From Felis catus (lineage: Eukaryota), in the NCBI RefSeq assembly GCF_018350175.1, contig NC_058368.1, positions 71,488,001 through 71,552,000 on the forward strand: a DNA stretch of 64,000 bases. The letters are read 5' to 3'. A program made the translations under genes and the position numbers. The notes under the pieces were generated by a model. It was not told the DNA's origin. It did not search any database and worked only from the letters and a program-made list of their open reading frames with translations. Positions 12,904 through 25,777 of this stretch are shown here, one piece after another (positions within the stretch are counted from its first letter, which is position 1; the number at the start of each line of letters is the position of its first letter).

Positions 12904-13880
12904 CCCTACCCAATGAAAAATTGGAAATATGAACATGAAAAAAAGATGAATTAATGGTGGCTTGCCTTGGAGATATCCATGTAAACAATCTCTACATATG
13001 GTAATAAAAGGTCAGCAGGCTTGGAAGTAATTAAAATACATAAATGTCTTAACAGAAGTGTCTTCAACCACTTAAATCCTGAGAAGGATAGAAGAAAGAG
13101 CACTCAACTGGCTGGGGGAAAGGAAGTATCTAGGTGGAAGTGAAGTCATCTTGGCCACGATGACTAATGAGTAACAGATTAGAATGTGATGACATATGTC
13201 ATGACTTACCTCCAAATTCTGGTAAAATAGGTAAGGAAAAGCACTGGCACATGGTAGCAAGGTAAGTTTTTTGAAACATCAGAGACATTTTCTATAGATA
13301 ACCTTGATTTCTTATTATGGAAGTGTATGCTTCCTTAATTTTTCTATTATTTGTTTTCCACAAACAGTAGAGTGAGGAAGGGGTGTCCCTGTCTTGTTCT
13401 AGTTGCATTGTTGTTTTCTGGTACCTATTTTAGCCTATTTAAAGGTATTTCCATGAGGCAGTTGATTACTTTGATCTACGATTATCGAAGATGTACCCTG
13501 TCCCAAGCACTGTGGTAGGCACTACATATAATTTATCTCTAAATGAGATAGTAGGAAACCGGAACGCAGTTGTTACTAGCCCATGCACTAGTACCTATCT
13601 ATATCTCCTTTTATAGAGTAGTTTGGCTAGATAAAATTCTGAGATATAGTAGCACAGTCAAGGAAAATTACAAAGAATAATGCACTTATTTCTAAACAGA
13701 ATATTTTTGTCACATGATAAAGGGATTTTTTTTTTGTGAAAGGCAGAAAGTTATGGCTGCAGTCATACTATTTAAAGGATCATGTAAGGTATCACAAAAA
13801 TGTACACAATATTATATACACAATGTACCCAGTGTTGAAAAATACACAATCAGGAATACTGGTTAAGAGTAGCTGTTAGA

Positions 13881-14316
13881 GGGGTGCCCGGGTGGCTCAG
13901 TTGGTTGGGTATCCGACTCGAAATTTCGGCTCGGGTCATGGTCTCATAGTTCAGTTCGTGAGTTCAAGCCCCAACTTGGGCTCCACGCTGACAGTGCAGA
14001 GCCTGCTTGGGTTTCCCTTTCTCTCTCTCTCTCTCTCTCTGCCCCTCCCTTGCACTCTCTCTCTCAAATAAATAAGCTTAGGGGCGCCTGGGTGGCGCAG
14101 TCGGTTAAGCATCCGACTTCAGCCAGGTCACGATCTCGCGGTCTGTGAGTTTGAGCCCCGCGTCAGGCTCTGGGCTGATGGCTCAGAGCCTGGAGCCTGT
14201 TTCCGATTCTGTGTCTCCCTCTCTCTCTGCCCCTTCCCCGTTCATGCTCTGTCTCTCTCTGTCCCAAAAATAAATAAACGTTGAAAAGAAAGATTTTTAA
14301 ATAAGCTTAAAAAAAA
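13881..14316 (+). mobile_element. Nested CanSINEs (young copy 14081-14297 inside the tail of an older copy)
   Basis: Outer TSD aagagtagctgttaga (13865-13880, 14317-14332); inner TSD taaataagctta (14069-14080, 14298-14309). Confidence 0.95.
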
Positions 14317-14844
14317 AAGAGTAGCTGTTAGAAAGCATTTTTAGTATCTTATTACCTCTTGTAGAGGTTACCGTATTTTTCAAATGGGTATTAAAATTCA
14401 ATATATTGTTTTAGCAGTGATCTTACAGTTTTATCCAAGTAAGTAATAATCTTTGAGAGCAATACATGATTTGAGATAAATAAGATTTTTGCATCTAAAA
14501 GAGCTTTCATTTCACTTTCTTAGTAATGTTTGTTTTGGTTGATATGTTTGTTTGTCTCATCTTTAGATGCCTGTGGGAGGGAAATGTTTTGTAGTATTCA
14601 TATCATTGAAATTACCACCCTATATTTTTCTTCTCGAACAGAGAAAATGGTAATGAACATAAGAATAAAAAATAATAATTACATATGGATGCATAATAAA
14701 TAACTACATACGCATCATCTGAAGGTTTCCTTCTCTAACATAGCTAACCCTTTCCCATTTGTTCTACCATTATAGATTTTGTTCTAGACTTCATTTGTAG
14801 GAAAACATTCCACCAGAGTTACTTTGAAAATGTGTGTGTGTGTG

Positions 14845-15040
14845 TTTTAGTTTATTTATTTATTTTGAGAGAGAGAACACAAGGAGGGGAGGGACAGAGA
14901 GAAGGAGAGACAGTCCCAAGCAGGCTTTGTGCCATCAGCGCAGAACCCAGTACAGGGCTCGAACCCGTGAATCATGAGATTGTGACCTGAGCCAAGATCA
15001 GGAGTCAGATACTTAACTGACTGAGCCACCCAGGCACCCC
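14845..15040 (-). mobile_element. CanSINE
   Basis: Typical body; TSD tgaaaatgtg, the upstream copy running into (TG)n. Confidence 0.92.
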
Positions 15041-15649
15041 TGAAAATGTGGTTTTAAGTAGAACTAGTTAAGTATTTTTAAGTAATATTTTCATAAAGAT
15101 TAAGAATTAATTGAAGTTAGCATTTGCCAATAAAGAATTTTGTGCACAAAATCATATTTTCTTTATGTTTTCAGTAAGAATTTATTCTTGCATTTTACAT
15201 CACAGTCTCTGTTCCTTTTATCCCATTTGTAGGGAGTAATGCTAAATCATGTAGTTACTGGAATTTTTATAGGGACATGGTAAGAATCATGGTTCTTTTA
15301 AGGAAATAATTTTCCAGTGCCCTTCGTAGAATAAAATGCAATATTATTCTATCTGTCCTTTTGTCACTATGGTCAAGTTTTAGAGTAGACTCTTATTTTT
15401 GAACATGAAAAAGACATCAGCAAACAAGGTGAGTTTACTTTTACATTTATGCCTACTGTAGGCTTTTTATTAAAGAGTTAGCTATATAGCTTAAGGGCAT
15501 GGTAGGCAGACAGAAAACTGAAAAAACATTTTTGTAGTAACTTATTTTATTTTTTATTTTACTTTATTTTATTTAGATTTTTATAGTAACATTTTAAAAT
15601 GAATACCATAGTAGTCTTAAGTGCTTGTAATGAAGGACTTTATTATTAT

Positions 15650-15846
15650 TTTTAAAATCTTAATGTTCATTTATTTTTGAGAGAGAGAGACAGAACACGG
15701 CTAGGTAAAGAACAGAGAGAGAGAGGGAGACACAGAATCTGAAACAGGCTCCAGGCTCTGAACTGTCAGCACAGAGCCCAACGCGGGCCTCAAACTGCGG
15801 AAAGGTGATATCATGACCTGAGCCAAAGTTGGACATTTAACTGACT
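15650..15846 (-). mobile_element. CanSINE lacking its extreme 5' end
   Basis: The body ends at …ttaactgact and abuts a + strand SINE head. Confidence 0.88.
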
Positions 15847-16048
15847 GGGGCACCTGAGTGGCTCAGTCATGATCTCACGGTTTGTGGGTTCAAGGCTTCT
15901 GTTGGGCTCCGTGCTGACACCTGAGAGCCTGGAGCCTGCTTGGATTCTGTGTCTCCCTCTCTGTCTGGCCCTCCCTTGCTTGCACTGGGTCTCTTGTCTT
16001 TCAAAGAATAAACGTCAAAAAAATTTTTTTTAATTAAAAAAAGAAAAT
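15847..16048 (+). mobile_element. CanSINE with internal deletion
   Basis: ggggcacctgagtggctcagtcatgatctc lacks the usual ggttaagcgtccgacttcggctcag segment. Confidence 0.88.
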
Positions 16049-16104
16049 TGACATATGGTATGTGATAAATGACAAAAAAATTGAGGTTTTTGAATTTATG
16101 CAGT

Positions 16105-16297
16105 ATTTTTTAACGTTTATTTATTTTTGAGAGAGATACAGAGTACAGGGGGGCAGAGGCAGAGAGGGGGGTGATCCAGAATCCAAAGCAGGTTCTAGGC
16201 TGTCAGCATAGAGCCTGACGTGGGGCTTGAACTCACAGTGAGATCGTGAACTGAACCGAAGTCAGATGCTTAACTGACTGAGCCACCCAGGCACCCC
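16105..16297 (-). mobile_element. CanSINE
   Basis: Typical body; flanking ttatgca(g/c)tatttt repeats. Confidence 0.92.
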
Positions 16298-16689
16298 AAG
16301 AAATTATGCACTATTTTATATTTAAAACTTAAAAATTTTTTTCTTTTGGCAGCAATTAATTCAATGTTATGATCATATCAGCTACTTTTTTTGTTAGGTG
16401 ATTTTTTCACTTAGGCTTCCCCAACCCCCCCCCCCCCCCCACCTTTTAAAAAGAATGCTAGACAAAGTAGCAAAAATGTTACCCTATTTGAGGAAATGAA
16501 TTTTTTTTTCCAGAAAACATAATATTGTGCAAACATGAAATTCTTTCACTGTGGCAACAACATTTGTTTTCTTGATAAAGTTATTTTTCCATTTGAGAAA
16601 AATTGCTAGGAAAATAGGTTTGTGCTTAAAAATTTTAAATATTTTGGCAAAAATTATAAAACCATCAAATCATAAGTAAAGCCAATAGA

Positions 16690-17480
16690 GAAGCCAACAG
16701 ACCAGAGGAGAAATTTGCCGCTCATTTCAGTGACAAAAGGGGAATAAATGTTCTTAATATATAAAGAACTATTGATCAGTGAAAAAGACCAGCCTTCCAG
16801 GTGAAAAATTCTCAGGTGGTTTATGGCAGAGGAAATATAAATGGGGCCTCCATCCATGACAAAATGTGCTAAACCACACAGAGAAAATAAGGTGAAAATT
16901 ACGACATACCATTTCCCACCTACATTTCAGCAAAGATAAAAGGTTGGATAATTCTCTAATTTTATAAGGTTATAGAGAAACAGGCCCATGTATGTGTAAC
17001 TGGTGGGTGCGCAAATTGATATAGCCTCCATTTTTTGTCGAAAGTGAATTTATGCTCTAGGATGTGTTCACATGCAGGAGACGTACAAGCATGTTTGTGG
17101 CAGTATCGTTTGCAAGAGCAGAGGACTACAGACAACTGGACTATGCCTATCAAAATGGGGTCATTAAATAAATAAAGCCCTGTCATTGAACTATAGGGAT
17201 CCGAACTTTCTTTGTATATGCTGAGTGTATTAAGTGACATTCTGTGTATATGCTAATAATGACAAAAGCATTGTATTTTCATTTGCATAAAAAAACATTT
17301 GTTTGCTACATGTATAGGTTATCTTTGGAAGGGGACACAAGAAATTGATAACCATGGTTGCCTTTGAATTGGGGAGCTGGATGGCTGACCCCTTGACAGG
17401 ATGAGAAGGATACATACCTTATACTAGATGTCCCTTTAGTACTTTTTGAATTTTGAACCTATTTTGTATTACCTATGTCC
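16690..17480 (+). mobile_element. Very old L1 (L1ME-like) 3' region
   Basis: Degenerate ORF2 C-terminal and 3'UTR-like sequence (catacc…cacctaca…gcaaagataaaag; ggtgggtgcgcaaattgatatagcc). Confidence 0.55.
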
Positions 17481-19756
17481 CCACTCCCCCAAAGTAATGT
17501 TTCAAAATTATGCAGTGGACAGGTCTGCAAGGTATGGGACTATTGAAATAATGGAATTTTAATAACCTGTCAAGGATCTTACATTGCCTATCCCATCCAG
17601 GGAAGTAGTCACATGAGCAGTTGGCTCATTGAATAAAGAGCGCTGGTCTTATACCCATAACTACACAAAGTGCAATTACTGAAACTCCAGCTGGCACTCT
17701 GAACTTGAAGGCAGTTGGTGGAGATCACTGAATAGGCTATACTAAGAGCTTGATCTAACGTGAAATAAGAAACTGGAAAGAAGCAAAGGAAGGGTGGTAA
17801 GTAACATGGGTGAGAGAAAGGAAATTGAGATCGGATAGATCTGGACAGCCCCTCCAACAGCTTCCTATTTTTTCCTTCTTTAGGTATGTAAACTGCGCAG
17901 AGAGATTACTATTTGGAAAAGCCAGAGAGATGCCTGTGTTGCAAAAGGTAGTGAGAGCTCACTCCAGAAGCTTTGCTCAGGGTCCCAGAATTCACAGTAA
18001 TTCCATTGGTTCTAAAATATCAGTGGTGGAATGGATTTATTCTCTGCTACTCTTGGCTTACAGAGGAAGGCACCAAAGTAACTTCCTTACCACTGTGACT
18101 CCTTTACTCCAAACTAAAGAATATCCTTTCAAAGAGAACTCCTCCAAATCAGCTTGATGTCTGATAGGAGGGGGTCGGATAAATGAGGTTGTAGAGAAAT
18201 TAAGTCTGAAGAGTAACCTTGCACAGCTTGACCTGTTTACTTTTCCAACGCACCCTTGTGCAGTGGGTATGTACCGTGCTTCTGAACCATAGGACTGAAT
18301 TTTCATAAAAAGGTGAAGCTCCTGCCCATGTAATCTGGAAAATTGCTTGTCTAATTGGGGGCACAGTTGCACCTGTACCCTCTTGAATGATTCAGTCATG
18401 TTGTGCTCAAGAGTCCAGGAACTTGTTATGTGACTAAATGAAGGAAAAGTGCATTATAAAATCCAGTTACTTTGGAAATGGAAAACACTGAATGGTATTG
18501 GTTGTTACCAAATTAAAGTTGGCAAATGCTATAATTAAGACTTTAAGTGATTTTTAGTATTATCCCCTGGTTTCAGCCACTTTCTGAAGCATTTCATTTA
18601 GAAGAAAACTTGCAGTTTTATTTCAGACACCAGACATTCAGGTTGAGTCAGTTCAGCTTTATAAGCCCTTATAAATAATTCGTTGTAGTCTAGTAGCTCA
18701 TAATGGCCACTGCTAAAACTTCTACCACAACAACTTACTATAAGTTATTTACTCATTTTATTATATTATTGGCTCCTTGTGAACAGTGAAGCAAACTGTT
18801 AAATGTGTCTTTGCTGAGCAATTCAACCATTTAATGAATTTTGATCTATTTATAGCCATTATACATTTATCATTTCAGTTGTAATATAGTTTAATAGCTG
18901 TTTATTGAGTACCTCCTACAACGTATGTCCTGGAGAACCAACAGTCATCAAGAGAGATGATGTCTTACTCCTCAGAATTTGTCATCTGTTGAGGGTGGCA
19001 AGGACAAAGTCTGTGTCAGTCAAGTAGAACAATTGAGATAGGGCAATACTTTGAATTTTGGACATGTTTACAGTGTCTGAAATAGACAAGTGGAGATGTT
19101 TACTAAGACTTGGTATTAAGATTCTGTGTTTTAAGAAAGTTTTGAGAAGGTGAAAAGGTCAATGATGCCAGTAAATATTAAGAGGTCACAAAAGAAGAAG
19201 AAAACTGAGGTGTGCCTATTGGATTTAGCAGAAATAATTGGTCATAGAGAGAACAGTGCCTGAAGCAGGGCTTGGAGAGGAGAGGGACAGAAAGTTAATG
19301 GTGAGCAAAATGGACATACACAGTTCCTGGAGGGCCTTTTAGACCATGAGTTTTGAATTTACTCTGAGGTTGTTCATTATCTCACCATCTCTTGTTGCAA
19401 CATTTTATAAAGTATGTTCTAGAGAAGACGCTTGATCAATCGAGATTTTTTGAAAGTCTAACTTGTGCTCAATTTGGTAGCTTATGAATTAATGGACTCT
19501 ACACTTTAGTCATGATTAGGAATGAACCAACTTGTCATATTTTTAGTAAACTCATATTTTATACCAATTTATTTTACTCACTAATTCTGGTATGTGAAGA
19601 GGTTTTTTGTTTTTCATTTTGTTTTGTCTTCATTGTTGTTTTTACACGGGGGAGCAGGAATAAATTGGAGGCCTCCTAAGTGAATCACATGGTTACTTGC
19701 TGTCATATCACAGTGTTTATTTTCTTCATCGCACCTATTATAAATTTTAATTCTCT

Positions 19757-19967
19757 CTTTTTTTTAACGTTTTATTTATTTTTGAGACAGGGAGAGACAG
19801 AGCATGAACAGGGGAGGGTCAGAGAGAGGGAGACACAGAATCTGAAACAGGCTCCAGGCTCTGAGCTGTCAGCACAGAGCCCGACGTGGGGCTCGAACTC
19901 ACAGACCGAGAGATCATGACCTGAGCCGAAGTCGGCTGCTCAACTGACTGAGCCACCCAGGCGCCCC
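19757..19967 (-). mobile_element. CanSINE
   Basis: Full body; TSD ttaattctct. Confidence 0.95.
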
Positions 19968-21240
19968 TTAATTCTCTTTTTTATTTCTTTGTCCACTTAT
20001 GTAAGTTCAGTCTCTTTACACTAAAATATAAGCTTTATATAAGAGGAGAACTTTGCCTTGTTTTCCAGTTGTACTTCTCAAGAAATGTTGAATGAGGGTA
20101 TGGGAGCAGGGAAGGAAGGAAGGAAAGTGGGTAGAGAGTTGAAAAATCACTTCCTAATGACACGGTATGACGAGGCTTCAGCCAATAAATTAGAATATTA
20201 CATCTGTTACATGCAGGGTCATCTGCATTGGTAGTTGCCTGTTGTACTCTCTCAACAAATCAGTTACATGATGGGATATGAAAATTCAGCCCAGTATGTT
20301 TGCCGGTTTAATTTGTTACGATTAAAGAAAACAATGATTTTATTTATTACAAATCCAGCACCTGGGAAATGTAATCCCAAATATCACATTTAAGCTTTCT
20401 TCATTCATTTCAAAGTTGAGTTACTCAGACTGGATTTATGTATGTATGTAGGAGTGTAATTAAAACTATGCAATCATTGTATCATTAAAGGGGAGATAGT
20501 TCCTTTTATTCATTAAAACTTAAGAGATTTTTATTTGTCATCAGATATATTGTTTTAGTTAGTAGGTCAAATGAAATGTTTTCTGGCCTTTCTTGTGGTA
20601 ACGTGGCAAGCATGTAGTCCTGTGTTTGTCAGCAAAAAGGCACCTCAAACGGGATGGGCCTAGAATAAGTGATTGCTTTTACAAGGAAGTCTAATGAAGA
20701 GTATCAGCTCTTCGTAGGGTAAAAGAAAAGAAAAACACCCCAGAAAATCACTGTGGCTGCATACAGTTTGGCTGTGACGTCTTTTGGTGAGACTCTTGTC
20801 TTGGTTCTCCCCAACATTGGGCTGTGCTTAACTAGGCCCACCTGGGCATGGCTCTCAGCTGCAGGCCAACCTCAGGTTTTTCCCCGTGTAGGTCCCTGTC
20901 GTAGGTCCCTGTGGGGACCCAGGCTGGAGGAATATTGCTTACCACTCTGTGGAGCATGTTTGTTTTCATCAAACAAGGCAGGAGAACTGGGGGGCGAGGG
21001 ATACCATGCAAACACATTTATAGCCTGATCTCAGACATGCAGGAAATGTGTCTGCACAAAGCAAAACATGTGACCTAAACCCAACATCGGTGTGGAGAAG
21101 TATACGCCTGCCACAGTGGGACAGATAGAAGAATGGGCTAGTGATAAACCAGTCTACCTTCAAGAGCTGGTTTGTAAGGAATGGGCTGTCCCTGCCCCCT
21201 GGAACTTGAAGAACACAGTGAAGAAATCTAGATTTGAACT

Positions 21241-21471
21241 TTTTTTTTAAAAAAAAAATTTTTTTTTTCAACGTTTATTTATTTTTGGAACAGAGAGAGA
21301 CAGAGCATGAACGGGGGAGGGGCAGAGAGAGAGGGAGACACAGAATCGGAAACAGGCTCCAGGCTCTGAGCCATCAGCCCAGAGCCTGATGCGGGGCTCG
21401 AACTCCCGGACTGCGAGATCGTGACCTGGCTGAAGTCGGACGCTTAACCGACTGCGCCACCCAGGCGCCCC
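21241..21471 (-). mobile_element. Young feline-type CanSINE
   Basis: CpG-rich body; TSD tagatttgaactttttt. Confidence 0.96.
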
Positions 21472-21814
21472 TAGATTTGAACTTTTTTAAAAAATCCATT
21501 TTTTTTGTAATTTATTGAACTCACCTGTAACAATAAATAGGCTGAATAATCTTTTCACTTCTTCAAATGTTATTAGAAATAAAATTGAATTTTTGTTTCA
21601 CAAGCTAAGTTTTAACTGCCAAGCTTCAGTCTGCCTTTTAGGCTAGGAATGATTGAATGTTTTCTGAAAAATCATTTTAATGTTACTGATATGACAGATT
21701 CAAATGAGTCTTAACGTACCATTAAGTGATTTTTGTTTGTTTTTGCTCACATAGGACATTGATGGAAAGCAAAAAAGAAAACTGCACATTAGTGATGTAA
21801 CATCATGATTTTAT

Positions 21815-22130
21815 CTGTTAGGATCAGCTGGACCATCCTACAGTAGCAGTCACCCTAAAATTGCAGGAACTTAGGTTTGTTTCTTACATGCATTAGATGT
21901 GCATTGTGTATCTGTTGGGGTGCATCCTTACTAGGAAGCTCAGGACCTGACAAAGGAAAGGAAAGAGAATGGAAATCATGCACCAGTTCTCAGAGCTTCT
22001 GCCTGTGTCCATCTGTTCATTCCGTTGGAAAAAGCACATGATGTGACTATTCCCCCGCCTTTAGGGGATGGGAAATGTAGTCACACTATGTGTCCACATG
22101 GAGGAGAACGGGCCAAACCACTACCTCAGA
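21815..22130. mobile_element. Possible old MaLR (MLT1-type) LTR fragment
   Basis: agagcttctgcc…cattccgttggaaaaagcacatg…ggggatgggaaatgtagtc resembles recalled MLT1 LTR sequence. Confidence 0.4.
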
Positions 22131-22734
22131 AGATACCAGTTGGGAGGAAAAACATTTATTTTTGTTAACAAAGAAAGTTGCTTACTATACCAGTAGTGTT
22201 CTTTTGAAGAAATGAAACACTTCTATGGGTAGGTTAGATGCAGGATAAATATCCATTGCATATTTTGGTTGAATGTTTTAAAAATCTTGCGTTATAAAAG
22301 TATCTGTCTTTGAATTTTATATTTTATTAAATTTTCAGTGATGTTATTAGCAAAGGTCATTGCAACTTAAGAGGTTAACTGTTCTGATAAGTGTTAAATT
22401 CTAACTTTACCAACGTCAAGTACATTTTTACAGAATGTTATCTAATTTTTTTGGACAAATAAAAAATATATATATAGGTTTAGAAAATTGCTAAAATATT
22501 TTTAGGACACAAAATGAGTTTGATTAATATATTCTGATAATACTTCACATTTCTTCAGGTTCTTAGGAAAAGCAGAGTAATACGAAGATTTTTTTTTTTA
22601 AAGCAACAAAAGCAATTTAAGAAATATTTTGCTGTTAACTAAGAAGAACATTATTCCAGTCTCTCAAAAGGCAAATTTAGGGAACATTCAAGCTAATTAG
22701 TTTCAATTATGTGATTAGAAAAAGGTAACCATCA

Positions 22735-22920
22735 GGGCGCCTGGGTGGCTCAGTTAGTTGAGCGTCTAACTCTTGCTTTTGTTTCAGGTCATGATCCCAG
22801 GGTTGTGGGATCAAGCCTGGTGTTGGACTCTATGCTCTTAAGATTCTCTCTCTCTCTGTCTTCTCCCCCACTTGTACACACTCCCTCTCTCTAAAATAAA
22901 TTTAAAAATGAAAAAGAAAA
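22735..22920 (+). mobile_element. Older CanSINE
   Basis: gggcgcctgggtggctcag head; TSD-like aaaag(g/a)taaccat. Confidence 0.9.
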
Positions 22921-23421
22921 AGATAACCATTAAAGCAAATTCAAATTAATATTCTATTTGGACATAGATAAAAACCAGCACCTTGAATGATACCAACAGA
23001 GTAATCACGAGCACAGGTACAATGGCTGCATGTGAGAAAGATGGAATTGTGTCTAATGGCGTGTTATTGCAGTGGGAAGGCAGCTGGCCCACTCAGAAAT
23101 GTCACTTGTCTACCTAAACTCTGTAGCCTGTTGAGTGGCAGTTCCAACTTCCAACAACTCTTATAACTGCACTTGTTTACACATTTTACATATCTCATTA
23201 ATTTAATTATAAATGATGAATAACATTGATACTGAACACATTTAAAGCTGTGTAGTGCGTATGTTAGTATGTTGTATCATGCTTTATTGTTTTGAATTTA
23301 ATAAGGCATTTTAAATTTGGTTTTCATTCAGCTGGCCTAATTTTAATACTTAATATTTCCAGCACTATAATTGGTACCATATGAATTAAACGTATACTTT
23401 CCCCTATAACTGACATTTTTT

Positions 23422-23602
23422 TTCAAGTTTTTATTTAAGTTCCAATTAATGTAAGGTGTAATATTAGTGTCAGGTGTAGAATTTAGTGATTCAACATTTA
23501 CATACAACACGCAGTGCTCTCCATAATCCCCATCACTTATTTCATTCATTCCCATCCCTTTCTGGTAACCATTAGTGTGTTCTCTATAGTTAAGAGTTTG
23601 TG
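23422..23602 (-). mobile_element. Severely 5'-truncated carnivore L1 (3'UTR only)
   Basis: L1 3' terminus (taatattagt…caggtgtagaatttagtgattcaaca…tacaacacgcagtgctc); TSD taactgacatttttt at 23407 and 23603. Confidence 0.88.
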
Positions 23603-23687
23603 TAACTGACATTTTTTAATGCTAGGATCAGCTGCATTTGTAAGTAATACCTACTAGTGAATTCTTGAGTGTACAGTTCCAGGCAAT

Positions 23688-23935
23688 ATTTTATTTTATT
23701 TTATTTTATTTTATTTTATTTTATTTTATTTTATTTATTTTTTTAATGTTTATTTTTGAGTGAGAGATTATGCATATGCAAGCAGGGGAGGGACAGAGAG
23801 AAAGGGGGACAGAGGATCTAAAGCAAGCTCTGTGCTGACAGCCGAGAGCCTGATGTGAGGCTCAGACTCATGAACCACGAGATCATGACCTCATCCGAAG
23901 TTGGATGCTTAACTGATCGAGCCACACCAGTGCCC
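23688..23935 (-). mobile_element. CanSINE with (ATTTT)n expanded tail
   Basis: About 10 ATTTT units followed by the SINE body. Confidence 0.92.
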
Positions 23936-24704
23936 TGGCAGTATTTCAATATTAGATAATAAATTTAAAAATCTATTTTTCCTTTAAGTTTTTTCTCTTT
24001 CAGTAATAAAGCAGTGTGTTATTTCTAGAAACTTATTCTCTGCTATGAAATTTTCTCTGAATTGAAATCTTTCGGTTGGAGTTAACTTGCTAAACTGTCA
24101 TAGTATGCCCTGAATTTTCTCGGGACAAAAAAGGTAGGGCAGAAGTGGGACATTCACATGTTGCTATTACATGAACAGCTGTAAGTAGGATTCTAAACCA
24201 TCTATGTAGTGTTTTTATGAGTTCGGGTTTGAAGGAAAAAAATCAGAATTTTAGAAGTTATAAAAATTTTTTGGTTTTTCTGAAATGTTATCATCCTGCT
24301 AGACTGTTAAAGATCCTGTCTCCAACTGAGATTTCAGAGGTAAAACATAATCTAAAGTAACTGTGTAATATTTCATAAAATTTCTTACTGCTTTTTAAGA
24401 AACCATCTTACATGGTATTTATTGTGATCATTCTTAAAGTTCGGAGACTTTAATAAACCAGCATGCTTATTGTTAGTGTGTACAGACTGCAATACAGTAA
24501 ATCAGGGCATGGTATTGGCTGATTTCTCCCAGGCTGGCCGCAGAGGGCCACACGGCTCCGCAGGCTACTTCTGCTCTGCTGGGTTCACTGCGATGATTGC
24601 CTTTCCCCCATTCTTATGGACAAAACTATTCTTTTCCCTCTGCTGACCTTTACTCCCTAACTTTATGCTGGATTGAGGATGTAATTTCTTTTGTTTTCAT
24701 TACT

Positions 24705-25460
24705 CTTTTTAATTGAGATATAATTGACAAATTAGTTTCCAGGATGTAACATTATGATTCAGTATTTGTATATAGTATTGTGGAATGATCACCACAGTAA
24801 GTGTAGTTAGCATCCATCACCATACGTAGTCTTTTTTCTTGTGATAAGAACGCTTAAGATTTACTCTTAGAACCTTGAAATCTGTGATATAGTATTAACT
24901 ATAGTCACTATGCTGTACATTACATCCCCCATGGCTTACTTATTTTATAAGTGGAAGTTTTTACCTTTTGACCCCCCTTCTCCCATTTCATCCACCCTTT
25001 ACCTCCTGCCTCTGGCATCGACCAATCTCTTCTTTGTATCTGTGAGTTTGTGTATATGGTTTTTTTATCTTGTTTTGCTTTGTTTTGTAAGATTCTACAC
25101 ATAAGTGAGATCGTGTGGTGTTTGCCTTTCTCTGATTTATTTCACTTAGGATAATGCCCTCAAGGTCTATCCATGCCATCACAAATAGCAAGATTTACTT
25201 CTTTTTTATGGCTGAATAATATTGCTGTGTGTGTGTCTGCATGTGAATGCGTGCATGCGTGCGCACGTTTTCTTTATCCATTCATCCATTGGTGGACACT
25301 TAAGTTGCTTACATATCTTGGTTATTGTAAACAATGCTATAATGAACACAGAGTTAGTGTTTTCATTTTCTTCAGATAAACACCCTGAAGTAGAGTTGCT
25401 GGATCATATGGTAGTTCTGTTTTTAATTTTTTGAAGAACCTCTATACTGTTTTCCAGAAG
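24705..25460 (-). mobile_element. L1MA-type 3' end
   Basis: Minus-strand peptide WIDLEGIILSEINQ; typical 3'UTR ttgagatataattgaca…atagtcactatgctgtacatta. Confidence 0.88.
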
Positions 25461-25660
25461 TTAAAAAGTATTTGACTCCCCTTAGGTCATCTCCTTGTTT
25501 AACAGTGGAGAACACATTAAGCCTGGACGACTGAGTGCCTCACCCAAGGTTATTAGGTGAGCAAAGCCAGAAGTCTCAGGTCTCCTCAGGACTAGTCCTC
25601 TTTCTGTTGAGTTCTCTACAGGGAGAAGAGATTCCAGTTCAGCAAGTATGAGGGTGGTGT

Positions 25661-25661
25661 C

Positions 25662-25693
<32 letters not shown>

Positions 25694-25777
25694 ATTTATA
25701 TATATGTATACACACACAAATATACATATACACATGTATATATGTATATATACTTGTATATATGTACATATATATAT
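25661..25777. repeat. Compound (TA)n/(TG)n/(CA)n microsatellite
   Basis: Directly visible alternating purine-pyrimidine tract. Confidence 0.95.

Noticed and set aside
17609..18399. Overlapping 82-115 aa ORFs in unique sequence
   Set aside because: No recognisable homology or gene structure; lengths are compatible with chance.
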